64,000 nt of DNA from Squalus acanthias (taxonomy: Eukaryota): NCBI GenBank assembly GCA_030390025.1, contig CM059452.1:6386001-6450000 (forward strand), given 5' to 3'. The translations under genes were made by a program, and so were the position numbers. Shown here piece by piece: positions 51,601 through 63,838 of this stretch (positions are counted from its first letter, which is position 1; each line of letters begins with the position of its first letter). The notes beneath the pieces are model-generated. The model worked only from the letters and a program-made list of their open reading frames with translations. It made no database searches and was not told the origin of the DNA.

Positions 51601-53567
51601 TGGGACAGTGTAGAGGGAGCTTTACTCTGTATCTAACCCGTGCAGTACCTGCCCTGGGTGTGTTAGATGGGACAGTGTAGATGAAGCTTTAATCTGTATT
51701 TGATGGGACATTGTAGAGTGAGATTTTTTCTGTGTCTAACCCGTGCTGTACCTGGCCTGGGACAGTGTAGAGCGAGCTTTGCTCTTTATCTAACCTGTGC
51801 TATACCTGCCCTGGGAGTGTTTGATGGGACAATATAGAGGGATTTTTACTCTGTATCTAACTCATGCTATAACTAACCTGGGAGTGTTTGATGGGACAGT
51901 GTAAAAGTAGCTTTACTCTGAATCTAACCTGTGCTGTAACTGTGCTGGGACTGCTTGATGGAACAGTGTAAAAGGAGCTTTACTCTGAGTCTAACACGTG
52001 CTGTAACTGTGCTGGGACTGCTTGATGGGACAGTGTAAAAGGAGCTTTACTCTGTATCTAACCCGTGCTGTCCCTGCCCTGGGAGTGTTTGATGGGACAG
52101 TGTAGAGTGAGTTTTATTCTGTTTCTAACCCCTGCTGCACCTGCCCTGGGAGTGTTTGATGGGACAGTGTAGCGGGAGCTTTACACTGTATGTAACCCGT
52201 GCTCTACCGATCCTGGGAGTACTTGATGGGACAGTGTAGAAGAAGGTTTACTCTGAACCAACCCGTGCTGTTCCTGCACTTGGAATGTTTCGTGGGACAG
52301 TTTAGCCGGATTTTACTCTGAATCTAACCCGTGTTCTACCTGCCCTGGGAGTGTTTGATGGGACAGTGTAGAGGGAGCTTTACCATATCTCTAACCATTA
52401 CTGTGCCTGCCCTGGGAATGTTTGTCGGGACTGTGTAAAGGAAGCTTTACTCTGTATCCAATCAGTGCTGTACCTGCCCTGGGATTTTTGATGCGACAGT
52501 GTTAAGGGAGCTTTACTCTGTATCTAACCCGTATTTTACCTACCCTAGAAATGTTTGATATACAGTGTAGATGTAGCTATATTCTGTATCTAACCCGTTC
52601 TGTACCAGCTCTGGGAGTTTTTGTTGGGAGAGTGTAGAGGGAGCTTTACTCTGTATCTAACGTGTGCTGTACCTGCCCTGGGAGCGTTTGATGGGACAGT
52701 GTAGAGGGAGCTTTACTCTGTATCTAACGTGTGCTGTACCTGCCCTGGGAGCGTTTGGTGGGACAGTGTTGAGGGAGCTTTACTCTGTATCTAACCCGTA
52801 CTGTACCTGCCCTGGGTGTGAGTGATGGGACAGTGTAGAGGGTGTTTTATTCTGTATCTAACCCGTGCTGTACCTGGCCTGGGACAGTGTAGAGGGAGCT
52901 TTGCTCTTTATCTTACCTGTGCTAAAACTGCTCTAGGAGTGTTTGATGGGACAGTGTAGAGAGAGCTTTACTATGTAGCTAACCCGTGCTATACCTGCCC
53001 TGCAAATATTTGACGGGACAGTGTGGCGGGAGCTTTAACCGACCTCTAACCCGTACTGTGACTGCCCTTGCAGTGTTTGATGGGACAGTGTAGAGGGAGA
53101 TTTACTCTGTATCCAACCCGTGCTGTACCTGCCCTGGGAGTGTTTGATGGGACAGTGTAGAGGGAGCTTTACTCTGTATCTAACCCGTGCTGTACCTGCC
53201 CTGGGAGTGTTTGATGGGACAGTGTAGAGGGAGCTTTAGTCTGCATCTAACCTGTGCTGTACCTGCCCCGGGAGTGTTTGATGGGACAGTGTAGAGGTGG
53301 CTTTACTCTGTATCTAACCTGTGCTGTACCTGCCCCGGGAGTGTTTGAAGGGAAGGTGTAGAGGGGGCTTTACTCTGTATCTAAATCGTGCTGTTCCTGC
53401 CCTGGGAGTGTTTGATGGGACAGTGTATAGGGAGCTTTACTCTGTATCTAACCCATGCTGTCCCTGTCCCGGGAGTGTTTGGTGGGACAGTGTAGAGGGA
53501 GCTTTACTCTGTACCTAACCCATGCTGTACCTGCCCTGGGAGTGTATGATGGGACAGTGTCGAGGGA
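48660..53567. repeat. 67-bp satellite array, diverged
   Basis: Shares diagnostic variant monomers, in the same order, with 30370-33700. Confidence 0.95.
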
Positions 53568-54210
53568 TATGAGGTATATGTAGATTTTAATTTTTACCAT
53601 TACTTACACCAATCATCACATGCTCGAGGTGTATATCAGGAGATTCTGTGTGATGCTGAGGTGATCACTTGACAATAAAGCGCAGAGACTGGTGCGTAGC
53701 TACTCATTATCCTCGCTCTGATTTAATTCTCTTCCCAACTGAATACTACGGACAGACATGCTCACCTTGGTAACGGAATGGTCAGCGTGACATCGCTTTA
53801 TAACCAAGAGCACTCAGAGAATGGGTTATCAATAAATATCAAAGATATTAAACCATCTGCAATTTATTTTGAATAAAAGAAAATAAAATGCTGAAAAATA
53901 ACTGGTGAAATAATCATTTATTTTTGTAGAATGCACTTGCAAAAATTAATGCAATCACACACACACACATATATAAAACAAACACTTTGTCTGTGCTCTT
54001 TTCAGTTGTTCCTCTTAACCAGATGAGCGTTAGTGAACTCGATGCTGTGAGGTCACGGTTCCAGGATCTGTCACACAATCGGGGGTCACGTGAAAGTTGA
54101 ATAGAAAATACTGCAGGTAAAACAATCCTTAACATTAAAAACTGCGATCAATCGGCACAGGACAACACCAGTGTGAATTAGTAAACTTTAACACACAGAG
54201 TTTGCCACAA
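53568..54210. repeat. Segmental-duplication block A, copy 2
   Basis: Colinear with 23930-24575. Confidence 0.9.
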
Positions 54211-54224
54211 ACAGAGAGTTGGAC

Positions 54225-55240
54225 GAGTGCAGTAATAAATGAGACATGGTCTCGTGTAATATAAACAGAGACAGAGTCTAGTGTAATATAAACAGAGACA
54301 GAGTCTCGTGTAATATAAACAGAGACAGGGTCTAGTGTAATATAAACAGAGACAGGGTCTAGTGTAATATAAACAGAGACAGGGTCTAGTGTAATATAAA
54401 CAGGGATAGGGTCCCGTGAAATATAAACAGAGACAGGGTCTAGTGTAATATAAACAGAGACAGGGTCTAGTGTAATATAAACAGAGACAGGGTCTAGTGT
54501 AATATAAACAGAGACAGGGTCTAGTGTAATATAAACAGAGACAGGGTCTAGTGTAATATAAACAGAGACAGGGTCTAGTGTAATATAAACAGAGACAGGG
54601 TCTAGTGTAATATAAACAGAGACAGGGTCTAGTGTAATATAAACAGAGACAGGGTCTAGTGTAGTAATAACTGAGACAGGGTCTAGTGTAATATAAACAG
54701 AGACAGGGTCTAGTGTAATATAAACAGAGACAGGGTCTAGTGTAATATAAACAGAGACAGGGTCTAGTGTAATATAAACAGAGACAGGGTCTAGTGTAAT
54801 ATAAACAGAGACAGGGTCTAGTGTAATATAAACAGAGACAGGGTCTAGTGTAATATAAACAGAGACATGGTCTAGTGTAATATAAACAGAGACAGGGTCT
54901 AGTGTAATATAAACAGAGACAGGGTCTAGTGTAATATAAACAGAGACGTGGTCCAGTGTAATATAAACAGAGACAGGGTCTAGTGTAATATAAACAGAGA
55001 CATGGTCCAGCGTAATATAAACAGAGACAGGGTCCTGTTTAATATAAACAGAGACAGGCTCTAGTGCAGTAATAACTGAGATAGGGGCTAGTGTAGTAAT
55101 TACTGAGACAGGGTCTGATGCAATATATATTGGGACAGGTTCTAGTGCAGTAATAACTGAGGCAGTTTCTAATGCAGTAATAACTGAGGGAGAGTAATAT
55201 AAACAGAGACAGGGTCTAGTGCAGTAATAATTGAGACAGC
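54225..55240. repeat. 27-bp minisatellite (~37 units)
   Basis: Same unit and orientation as 25660-28275. Confidence 0.96.
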
Positions 55241-55272
55241 ACCTGTTCAGTGTAAGGTAAACAATCGAGTTT

Positions 55273-55291
55273 CGCTGCCACCTGGTGACCA
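55273..55291 (-). promoter_or_regulatory. Candidate CTCF binding site
   Basis: Minus strand reads TGGTCACCAGGTGGCAGCG, close to the vertebrate CTCF core (CCACCAGGKGGCRS). Confidence 0.55.
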
Positions 55292-55909
55292 AGGTTTGCC
55301 ATTGCTCCTATTGGGAAAATGATGATGCCAGTTGCTGTTTCTGATATTAATGCATCAAGAAACACCTTGCATGGATGTACCACCTCGTCACATTCTGCGG
55401 GAGCTGCCAAAGGATTTAAAGTGCAACTAATTACAGGTGAATGTGGCCGATTCGCGCACAGAAAGATCAGCAAAAGAGCAAAGTGGCTCGGTTCCTGTTA
55501 ATATATTTCTGTTGAACTTGGTTGAAGGGAGGAATGTTGACCCGGACACAGTGTGGGGCCCTGGGAGCTTTAATGTCCACCTCAACAGACAAGGTGCGGC
55601 GGGCGGGGTGAGATTATTGGTTCAGGAAAAGTAGTTCATTTTCAGTGCTGCACCGATTGGACGCCTAGTTGATGTGCTCAGGAGCTGAAGTTGATGTGAA
55701 ATCCACAATCTACTGATTCTGAAACCAGAATAAAGTCACTTTAGCCAACCTGCTACTAAAATGCTTAATGGGCTCAGGTGATATTTTATATCCACTATTT
55801 TATAGTAACATCGGTTATTACCGTCACCATTAAGCGTCCACAACCTATATCACAAATAGCAACTTCAAGATTTCAATTACAGAACTTGTGATTCGTGCAA
55901 TTTCAATTT

Positions 55910-56430
55910 ACAGAATCCTGGGATTTTACGGCACAGAAGGAGGCCATTCAGCCCATCGTGCCTGTGCCTGTTCCAGCTCTTTGAATGAGCTGTCCAATTA
56001 GTTCCACTCTCCTGTTCTGTCTCCAAAGCCCTGTAAATGTTTCCTTTCAAGTATTTATCCAATTCCCTTTTGAAAGATGCTGTTGAATCTGCTTCCGTCA
56101 CCCTTTCAGGCAGTGCAATCCAGATCACAACAACTCGCTGCAAAAAAATCTCCTCAGATCTCCGCTGTTTTTTTGCCAATTATCCTAAATCTGTGTCCTC
56201 TGGTTACCGACACTGCTGCCAGTGGAAACATTATCTCACTATCAACTCTATCAAAACCCTTTATGATTTTCAACAGTTCTATTAAATTCCCTTTAACCCT
56301 CTCTGCTCTAAGGAGAACAACCCCAGCTTCTCCAGTCTCTCTACATAACTGAAGTCCCTCATCCCTGGTACAATTCTAGTAAATCTCCTCTGCACCCTCT
56401 CCAAGACCTTGATATCCTTCCTAATGGGTG
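55910..56430 (-). mobile_element. CR1 3' fragment
   Basis: QRVVVIWIALPERV...FKRELDKYL plus the 3'-UTR motif. Confidence 0.85.
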
Positions 56431-56634
56431 GATTGAAGTAAATTCAATCTTTATTTCTCCTTCAGCTTAAATGAAAATCTGAAATCTCTCATCATTACCG
56501 TAGCTACCCTTTCTCGGGCTGTCCCAGTGAATCTGAGCTGTTACAGTCTCTAGAACTTTAATGCCCTTCCTATAATGAGACGTCACGCACTGCACACACA
56601 CTCTAACAGTGGGCCAACCAGCCCAGCAGTTATA

Positions 56635-56955
56635 ATACTAAACTCCATCAATTGCAGCTCATCCAAAACTCTGCTGCCCGCATCCTAACTCGCACCAAGT
56701 CCCGTTCACCCATCACCCCTGTGCTCACTGACCTACATTGACTCCCGGTCCGGCAACACCTGGATTTTAAAACTCTCCAGACTTGTTATAAAATTCCACC
56801 ATATCCTCGCTGCTCCATATCTCTGTAAACTCCTCCATCCCTACAACACTGCGAGGTTTCTGCCATATTACAATACTGGCCTTTTGTACAACCCCACGCC
56901 CTGTGCCACACCATTGGCGGCCACGCCTTCATCTGTTGAGGCCCTAAACTCTGCC
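56635..56955 (+). mobile_element. L2 LINE fragment
   Basis: Encodes LQLIQNSAARILTRTKSRSPITPVLTDLH*LPV, a typical L2 ORF2 C-terminus. Confidence 0.8.
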
Positions 56956-57922
56956 TCAGTTATTACTACACCGGACCATGTCTCTGTTTATATTACACAA
57001 GGCCCTGTCTCAGTTATTACTGCACTAGACCATGTCTCTACTTATATTAAACTAGGCCCTGTCTCAGTTATTACTGCACTAGACCATGTCTCTGTCTATA
57101 TTACACTGGGCCCTGTCTCAGTTATTACTGCACTAGACCATGTCTCTGTCTATATTACACTCGGCCCTGTCTCAGTTGTTACTGCACTAGACCATGTCTC
57201 TGTTTATATTACACTAGGCCCTGTCTCAGTTATTACTGCACTAGACCATGTCTCTGTTTATATTCCACAAGGCCCTGTCTCAGTTATTACTGCACTGGAC
57301 CATGTCTCTGTTTATATTACACTAGGCCCTGTCTCAGTTATTACTGCACTAGACCATGTCTCTGTTTATATTCCACAAGGCCCTGTCTCAGTTATTACTG
57401 CACTAGACCATGTCTCTGTTTATATTACACTAGGCCCTGTCTCTGTTTATATTACACTAGACCCTGTCTCTGTTTATATTACACTAGACCCTGTCTCTGT
57501 TTATATTACACTAGGCCCTGTCTCTGTTTATATTACACTAGACCCTGTCTCTGTTTATATTACACTAGGCCCTGTCTCTGTTTATATTACACTAGACCAT
57601 GTCTCTGTTTATATTCCACAAGGCCCTGTCTCAGTTATTACTGCACTAGACCCTGTCTCTGTTTATATTACACTAGGCCCTGTCTCTGTTTATATTACAC
57701 TAGACCATGTCTCTGTTTATATTACACTGGGCCCTGTCTCTGTTTATATTACACTGGGCCCTGTCTCAGTTATTACTGCATTAGACCATGTCTCTGTTTA
57801 TATTACACTCGGCCCTGTCTCAGTTATTGCTACACTAGAAGATGCCTTTGTTTATATTACACAAGCCCATGTCTCTGTTTGTTTTGCACCAGTTCATGTA
57901 TCTGGTGTATTACACTAGACCC
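56955..57922. repeat. 27-bp minisatellite, inverted orientation, partly a 54-bp dimer
   Basis: Reverse complement of the 27-bp unit; alternating variants translate as GPVSVITAL / DHVSVYITL. Confidence 0.95.
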
Positions 57923-57949
57923 TGACAATCTAAACTAATTGTCACAATT

Positions 57950-58562
57950 TTAATGGTGTGCAGGATCAGAGGTACCTGGGGGAGTAAGTTCATAGGCTGT
58001 TTAAAGGGAATACCGGATTCTTGGCTTTATAAATAAAGGCACAGAGTACAAAAGCAATGAAGCTTTGCTAAACCTTTGTAAAACACTTGGTTAGGCCCCA
58101 GCTGGAGTCGTGTGTGATTCTGGATACCAGGTATTAGGAAGGATATCAAGGTCTTGTAGAGGGTGCAGAAGAAATTTACTAGCATGGTACCAGGGATGAA
58201 ATACTTCGGTTAGGTGGAGAGATTGGAGAAACTGGGGTTGTTCTTCTGAGAGCAGAGAAGATCAAGGGGAGATTTGATAGAGATATTCAAGATCATGAAC
58301 CAGTGGCGATATGAGGGTGGGGGAATTAAGTAGTTAGTTGTTGTGATTTGGAATGCACTGCCTGATAGGATGGTGGAAGCAGATTCAACAGTAACATTCA
58401 AAAGGGAATTGGATAATTACTTCAAATGGAAAAACATTGCAGGTTTCTGGGGAAACAGCAGTGGGGAGTGGGACTAATTGGATAGATCTTTCAAAGCGCT
58501 GGTGCAGTCAGGAGGGACTGAATGGCCTCCTTCTCAGCTGTATCATTCTAGGATTCTAGGAT
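57950..58562 (+). mobile_element. Old CR1 3' fragment
   Basis: Degenerate CR1 C-terminal sequence ending gaatggcctccttct...ttctaggattctagg. Confidence 0.75.
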
Positions 58563-60464
58563 TTACCGACTCAATCCAACACTCCCTTATTTACACCAAT
58601 TACTGATGATCAATGCCCGTTACTAATTAACAAATAGATCAACAAGAAATAGGTAAATGGAACCCCAGGCATTCAACGGCTCAACTTCCATTGTAGATAG
58701 AGAGGCAAATCAGACTGAGTCCGGACCGCTCAGATATTCACTGCAGTTGTACCGTATGGCCGGTAGTACAGACACTGACTGCAGGTGTGACCCTGAATCC
58801 GACACCGGAATCACAAGGCCATTCTGGGAATTTTACGAAAAGTCCAACCGCTTAGCAGGCAAACCAGAACCGCCACGGGTAAAGGAAAAAAAAACAGGAT
58901 ATGTGGGCGAACTCTCTTATTTTATTAAACGAAACATCAATGGATCGTGAATTGTTAAGGGATTGGTGATCATTAATAGATTGTTAAACGTCAATCTATT
59001 GGGAGTCCTGAAAGGTTTGGGAATCATTGATTGGTCGAGAAACATCAATCGATTGCAAGATATCAATTGTTTGAGAAAGTTGATTGTTGGGGAACTATCA
59101 ATAGATTGAACCCATCAATGGATTGAGAAATATCTGTGGTTTGGAAAACATGATGAAGGCCGACAGTATTGAGAAATATCATTTGTTTAGTAATGTGGCG
59201 GCCTGGGAAATACCAATGGGTCCGGAAATCTCTCTCCGTCCATCTGTCGCTATTTCTGTTAGTTGGCGCAGAGACAGTTTGTTACTCCTGAGTGTGGGGT
59301 ATTGAGCGGGATTGGGAACTGTGCACAAACCACATTAATAATCCGTCGATTATGAGAGAGCGCCTCTTATACAAGGGGGAGGGGATCAATCAGAAATCAG
59401 TCACCTCGGAGCCATTCGCGGAAAATCACATCAACAATAACACTTCAATATTAACAATTCATTTTAAAGCACTTTGGGACATTAAGGAAGGGTTTGAAGC
59501 TGTACATTTGGACCAGAAAATTGCGTGGATAAGTAATTTCTAAAAATGGCCATAATGGCACCTCATTCCATTCTTTATATCCCTAAACCAGCTCTCCACG
59601 AACCTAAACAACTCGCACAAAAAAATACAACCTTTTGAGAAATAAGAGTCTGCTTTAACCTCATGTCATAGAACATTGAGCCTATAACCTTGTCCAAAAT
59701 TGTCATTCAAATCACCATATTCAGCACCTTCACCGACTCAGCTCTGTCTGCAGGATGTACCATGTCCACTCTAACCATATATCTCCATCACAGTGACCCC
59801 ATCAACCTGAGCACATCTCAGTGATGTACTGACCTTACCCGCCCAACTGGTGAACAATTCATTCAGTGAATGAATGGACTGAATGGAAAGGCTCTGGGGA
59901 GTGCGGTTAAAGGAGTTAAGGGCATTTCAATTTGCGGCCACAATGTCCAAAACCCACGGGACATATTTCACTGTGGCAATGACTTACAATGACTATATGG
60001 CGGTAAAGAAAGTCACAGTTCATGCTCCTTTTATCCGTGTGTTCAGAATGGTGTGACTGCACCAGTCTCACAGAGGAGCAAGGATTTAGGTAGGGAAGGG
60101 GAAAAATTATGTACCCGTTGATCTGCTGTGTTTCCGCATTGATTGAAGTAATTCGGCTGAGGATATATTGAGTGCTTTGTTATACATGAAAGGACCACAT
60201 GTTCCAAATATTACACTTGTCTCTTCTCAGCCCTGATATGTGCTCGCTTTATATCTTTGAGATGGAGATTCCCCATCACCACAGAAGGACCATCGGTACC
60301 GCGTGGATACCTTCAGGCTTCTCTTCGTGATGTTCAGCTGGTTAGAAATGGACACTGTATGGAGTGAAATGATACAGAAAATCAGGAAGGACTGGAGGCG
60401 CCATACTGACACAAATGTAAAGGGGCTGCCTCGTGTTAGGAAGTAGACACTCACAAAGATGAGA

Positions 60465-60630
60465 ATGTAGACATATATCTGAGCTACAGGCGAGTCAAGG
60501 GTTATGGGGAGCTAGCGGGAAAGTGGCGTTGAGGCCAAGATCAGATCTGCCATGATCTTATTGAATGGTGGGGCAGGCTCGAAGGGCCGAATGGCCTACT
60601 CCTGCTCCTATTTCTTATGTTCTTATGTTC
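60465..60630 (+). mobile_element. CR1 3' end stub
   Basis: gggccgaatggcctactcctgctcctatttcttatgttcttatgttc. Confidence 0.85.
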
Positions 60631-60805
60631 TAACAGCAACTTTCAGGCCCATCCATCCATCCATCCATTAATCCGTTCATCGACCCATTACTAAAAATTC
60701 AGACATCTAACAATCCATCTATTCCTGCATCGCTACATCCATCTATCCATCCATGCAAACACGCATACTTATTTATTTCAGAATGTATCCTCTCTCTGAG
60801 GTCCT

Positions 60806-61040
60806 NNNNNNNNNNNNNNNNNNNNNNNNNNNNNNNNNNNNNNNNNNNNNNNNNNNNNNNNNNNNNNNNNNNNNNNNNNNNNNNNNNNNNNNNNNNNNNN
60901 NNNNNNNNNNNNNNNNNNNNNNNNNNNNNNNNNNNNNNNNNNNNNNNNNNNNNNNNNNNNNNNNNNNNNNNNNNNNNNNNNNNNNNNNNNNNNNNNNNNN
61001 NNNNNNNNNNNNNNNNNNNNNNNNNNNNNNNNNNNNNNNN
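60806..61040. other. Assembly gap (235 N)
   Basis: Run of N. Confidence 1.
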
Positions 61041-62699
61041 TGCTGGACTGACCCTCCAGCTGACTGCTGCTACTGACAGGATGTCTGAGACACTGGATAT
61101 ATTTCCTATCCTGAGAGATGGGAACAGTTACACACAGTTACACAACTAAATAATTAAAATTGACTCCAGTACTGTTGCTGGGCAGATTTGTTTATCAATA
61201 GGCCTCACTCACAATGTTAAGGGTTTGAAGTTGGCTTTCAGCCAAGCGGTCAGTAGTGAGGAAACAGATCTTTGATTCACTGCACAGAACCCCCAGATGC
61301 TTCCTGTAAATGACATTGGGTGTTCGAGCCTCCCTGACGGCAGTCGGCTGGGTTGCTGCCAAATACTGTGTGGGGCAGATTGGCGTGAAGATGAATTGGG
61401 AAACAAGATGGGATTTAACTATTTGAACATTAAATTATTCAGCAGCGCGCTTACAAGAAATAAACATTTTACATGGTATAACATCTAAAGAATGATTTTC
61501 GGTAAATTCCTTGCTCACAATATTATAAAATATGATCAGAAAAAGTAAATTGATCCATATGCTAATTAATTAAAAAAATTCCTAATGAAGATAATTCTGG
61601 ATAATTCAGTCGGTTTATTCAGCACTGCACGAAGTGCTGGAGAGAGATTTTAATGACCCCACACCCACACTGTAATGAGATCAGTGGGAATCGCAAAGTA
61701 AATAAAACAATCGGTGGAATTGCCTCGAACCCGCTGCACTTCCTTGAATATTCTCAGAGTTGTGAGCCTGATTGAAACTAAGGGCTCCCTTATTACTGAT
61801 TAGCAGCCGCGCACTGTGCAGTTTAATTTGTGCTGATTTGAATTCCTAAACAAGCCCTCTCAGAGCCCGGCTACCAATGGGCAGAGAAATGCCCAGTTTG
61901 TGATCTGTTTCAGCGGGAGATGAAGCATTTATTCTTGTGATATTCTGTAACATACCGCTATGTCCTGATATACTGTGTTCCTGATACCAGTGTATGTTAC
62001 ACAGTCGGTCGCTATTAAAGTTTGCTGCAATGATTTGGATGCCGGGGTTTGCTGATCGCGTTATCGGTTCTGATTCACCAGCTTCTCTTTTTCAAAAGTT
62101 GATCTGAAGCGGGCGGGCCCCAAAATTCTTATGTTTCTCTGTCAGCTCACTCCTTATTTATCAGGCAAGCGGACCAATTTTACAGCTAATTTTCAAAGGA
62201 CTGGGTCACAGACTCAGGGGCAGTTAGAGAAATGCAATCAGAGACATTTGTATAATGTGAGGGCTTTCTACTCATCTCCGGACCCAAATCGTGTAGCTAT
62301 AGCCATCCACATTGTAAATAGAATCACATTACCCATCTCCCGCATTCAGTTACATAAATCAATAACAATTCATATTATAGGTCATACTGTACTGGTACAG
62401 AGTGCGGGGATAGATAGCGAGAGATAGAGAAACACGTACTGGAGGTAATTTAGACCCCAATAATGTAATTTCATCTTAGAGATTCACATCCCCTCTGAAA
62501 GAGTGTGGAAATAAAGGGATTTAATTTACAATCCACGATGTAATTAATTATTACTAAACACACTCTCGACAGCAATATCACCATTTAGTATCAAATAACA
62601 TATTGCATTGTAACCATACAGACAAATAACTATCCCTGGATACAGATACAGGGTCCACCTTTAACAATAAACTAGTGTAAAGATATAAGTCCATTCTGT

Positions 62700-62800
62700 T
62701 GGTGATGTGGAAGGTGTGACGTGGATCCAGTAGCCGCCTCTATCAGGGAATCAATAGGCGGCGCCTGTAACCTCGCCCCCTTCTACCGGGTATTTAACTG
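62700..62800 (+). promoter_or_regulatory. IgH V promoter: CRE-like TGACGT and TATA-like box, no octamer
   Basis: tgacgt at 62717-62722 and tatttaa at 62791, about 100 bp upstream of the ATG. No ATGCAAAT or ATTTGCAT seen nearby. Confidence 0.6.
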
Positions 62801-62889
62801 CCGGTCACTGGGACCGCAATACAACAGTCCGGGAGCGGGTTTGCTCAGTGAGTTCTTGTCAGAACCATTTCCCACACATTGCCAGGAGG

Positions 62890-62935
62890 ATGAGGTCGGC
62901 GATTTCTCTCAGTCTGTTGCTTGCTTTCTTATCCG
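62890..62935 (+). CDS. IGHV: Ig heavy-chain leader exon (MRSAISLSLLLAFLS-G)
   Basis: 46-nt phase-1 exon, hydrophobic signal peptide, donor gtgagt at 62936. Confidence 0.93.
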
Positions 62936-63062
62936 GTGAGTAGTTTTTATTGTCCAAGTCTCTCACTGTTACTGTCTCAGTGTTAGTCTCTCTCTGGAAT
63001 GTTACAGAGTCAGGAATCATTTCACCAGGATTAATCCTCGGGGTTTTTGATTGTTTTTACAG

Positions 63063-63367
63063 GTGTCCAGTCGGATGTGGTGTTGACTCAGCCAGAGGCA
63101 GAGACCAGGAGTCCCGGAGGCTCCCTGAGACTGACCTGTAAAACCAGCGGGTTCACTCTTAGTAGCACCTGGATGGGCTGGGTCCGACAGGTTCCCGGAC
63201 AGGGGCTGGAGTGGCTGGTTTACTATCTCAGTTCATCGAACGAGTATTACGCCCCAGGGATCCAGAGCCGATTTACTGCGTCCAAAGACAATTCAAACAG
63301 CATCTTCGCTTTGGACATGAAGAACCTGAGGACCGAAGACACCGCCATCTATTACTGTGCAAGAGAC
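63063..63367 (+). CDS. IGHV: Germline Ig heavy-chain V segment (shark IgM-type VH), intact
   Basis: Acceptor tttttacag. Translates [14 protein letters not shown]...LTCKTSGF...[13 protein letters not shown]...RFTASKD...[11 protein letters not shown], with both Cys and the Trp conserved. Confidence 0.96.
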
Positions 63368-63406
63368 CACAGCGAGAGGAACCAGGGCTGGACCCGTACA
63401 AGAACA
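63368..63406 (+). other. V 3' recombination signal sequence (23-bp spacer)
   Basis: CACAGCG (63368-63374), 23 nt, ACAAGAACA (63398-63406). Confidence 0.92.
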
Positions 63407-63796
63407 GAACGAGGGGACATTCAACAACTTCCATCATAATCTGACGGTCAGTAATTGTATTAAACGCGATCTTAACAGCATTGTTCAGAACCAGACCACA
63501 CGCCGCTTCTTACTGAATTAACACACTGAAAATTCAATGGTAAAAATCTAGCACAGTAACCGATGTACTGAGGAGAGGTTTTGGCTGTGCTCATGTTTAC
63601 TGTTCACAGTGTCAGCAATGGCAGAGCTGGAGTTAATGCTCGTTTCAATATGATTGATACCTGGAGGGAGTTGGTTGGGACTGTGTTCACTTTCTATTAC
63701 GTTGTGTAAACTGTTGGATAAATTCTAAACTAGATCAGAAGTGAATGTCTATTTGAAGTGAATGTTGAGAGGCGGCACTGAACAGGGAGTGAGTGC

Positions 63797-63824
63797 AGTA
63801 TTTGTGCGGGTTCCTGTCACTGTG
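63797..63824 (-). other. D1 5' RSS (12-bp spacer)
   Basis: agtatttgt (63797-63805), 12 nt, cactgtg (63818-63824). Confidence 0.9.
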
Positions 63825-63838
63825 GTACAACAGTGGGT
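63825..63838 (+). other. Ig heavy-chain D1 segment (14 nt, gtacaacagtgggt)
   Basis: Flanked by RSS on both sides; open in all three frames (VQQW / YNSG / TTVG). Confidence 0.9.

Noticed and set aside
58657-58950. 97-aa ORF, and a Cys-containing minus-strand stretch resembling an EGF/laminin repeat
   Set aside because: No recognisable domain or consistent splice sites; stops interrupt the Cys-rich frame.
59789-59975. Isolated heptamers cacagtg (59789) and cactgtg (59969) near the Ig cluster
   Set aside because: No correctly oriented nonamer at 12 or 22-23 bp, and no J motif (WGxG).
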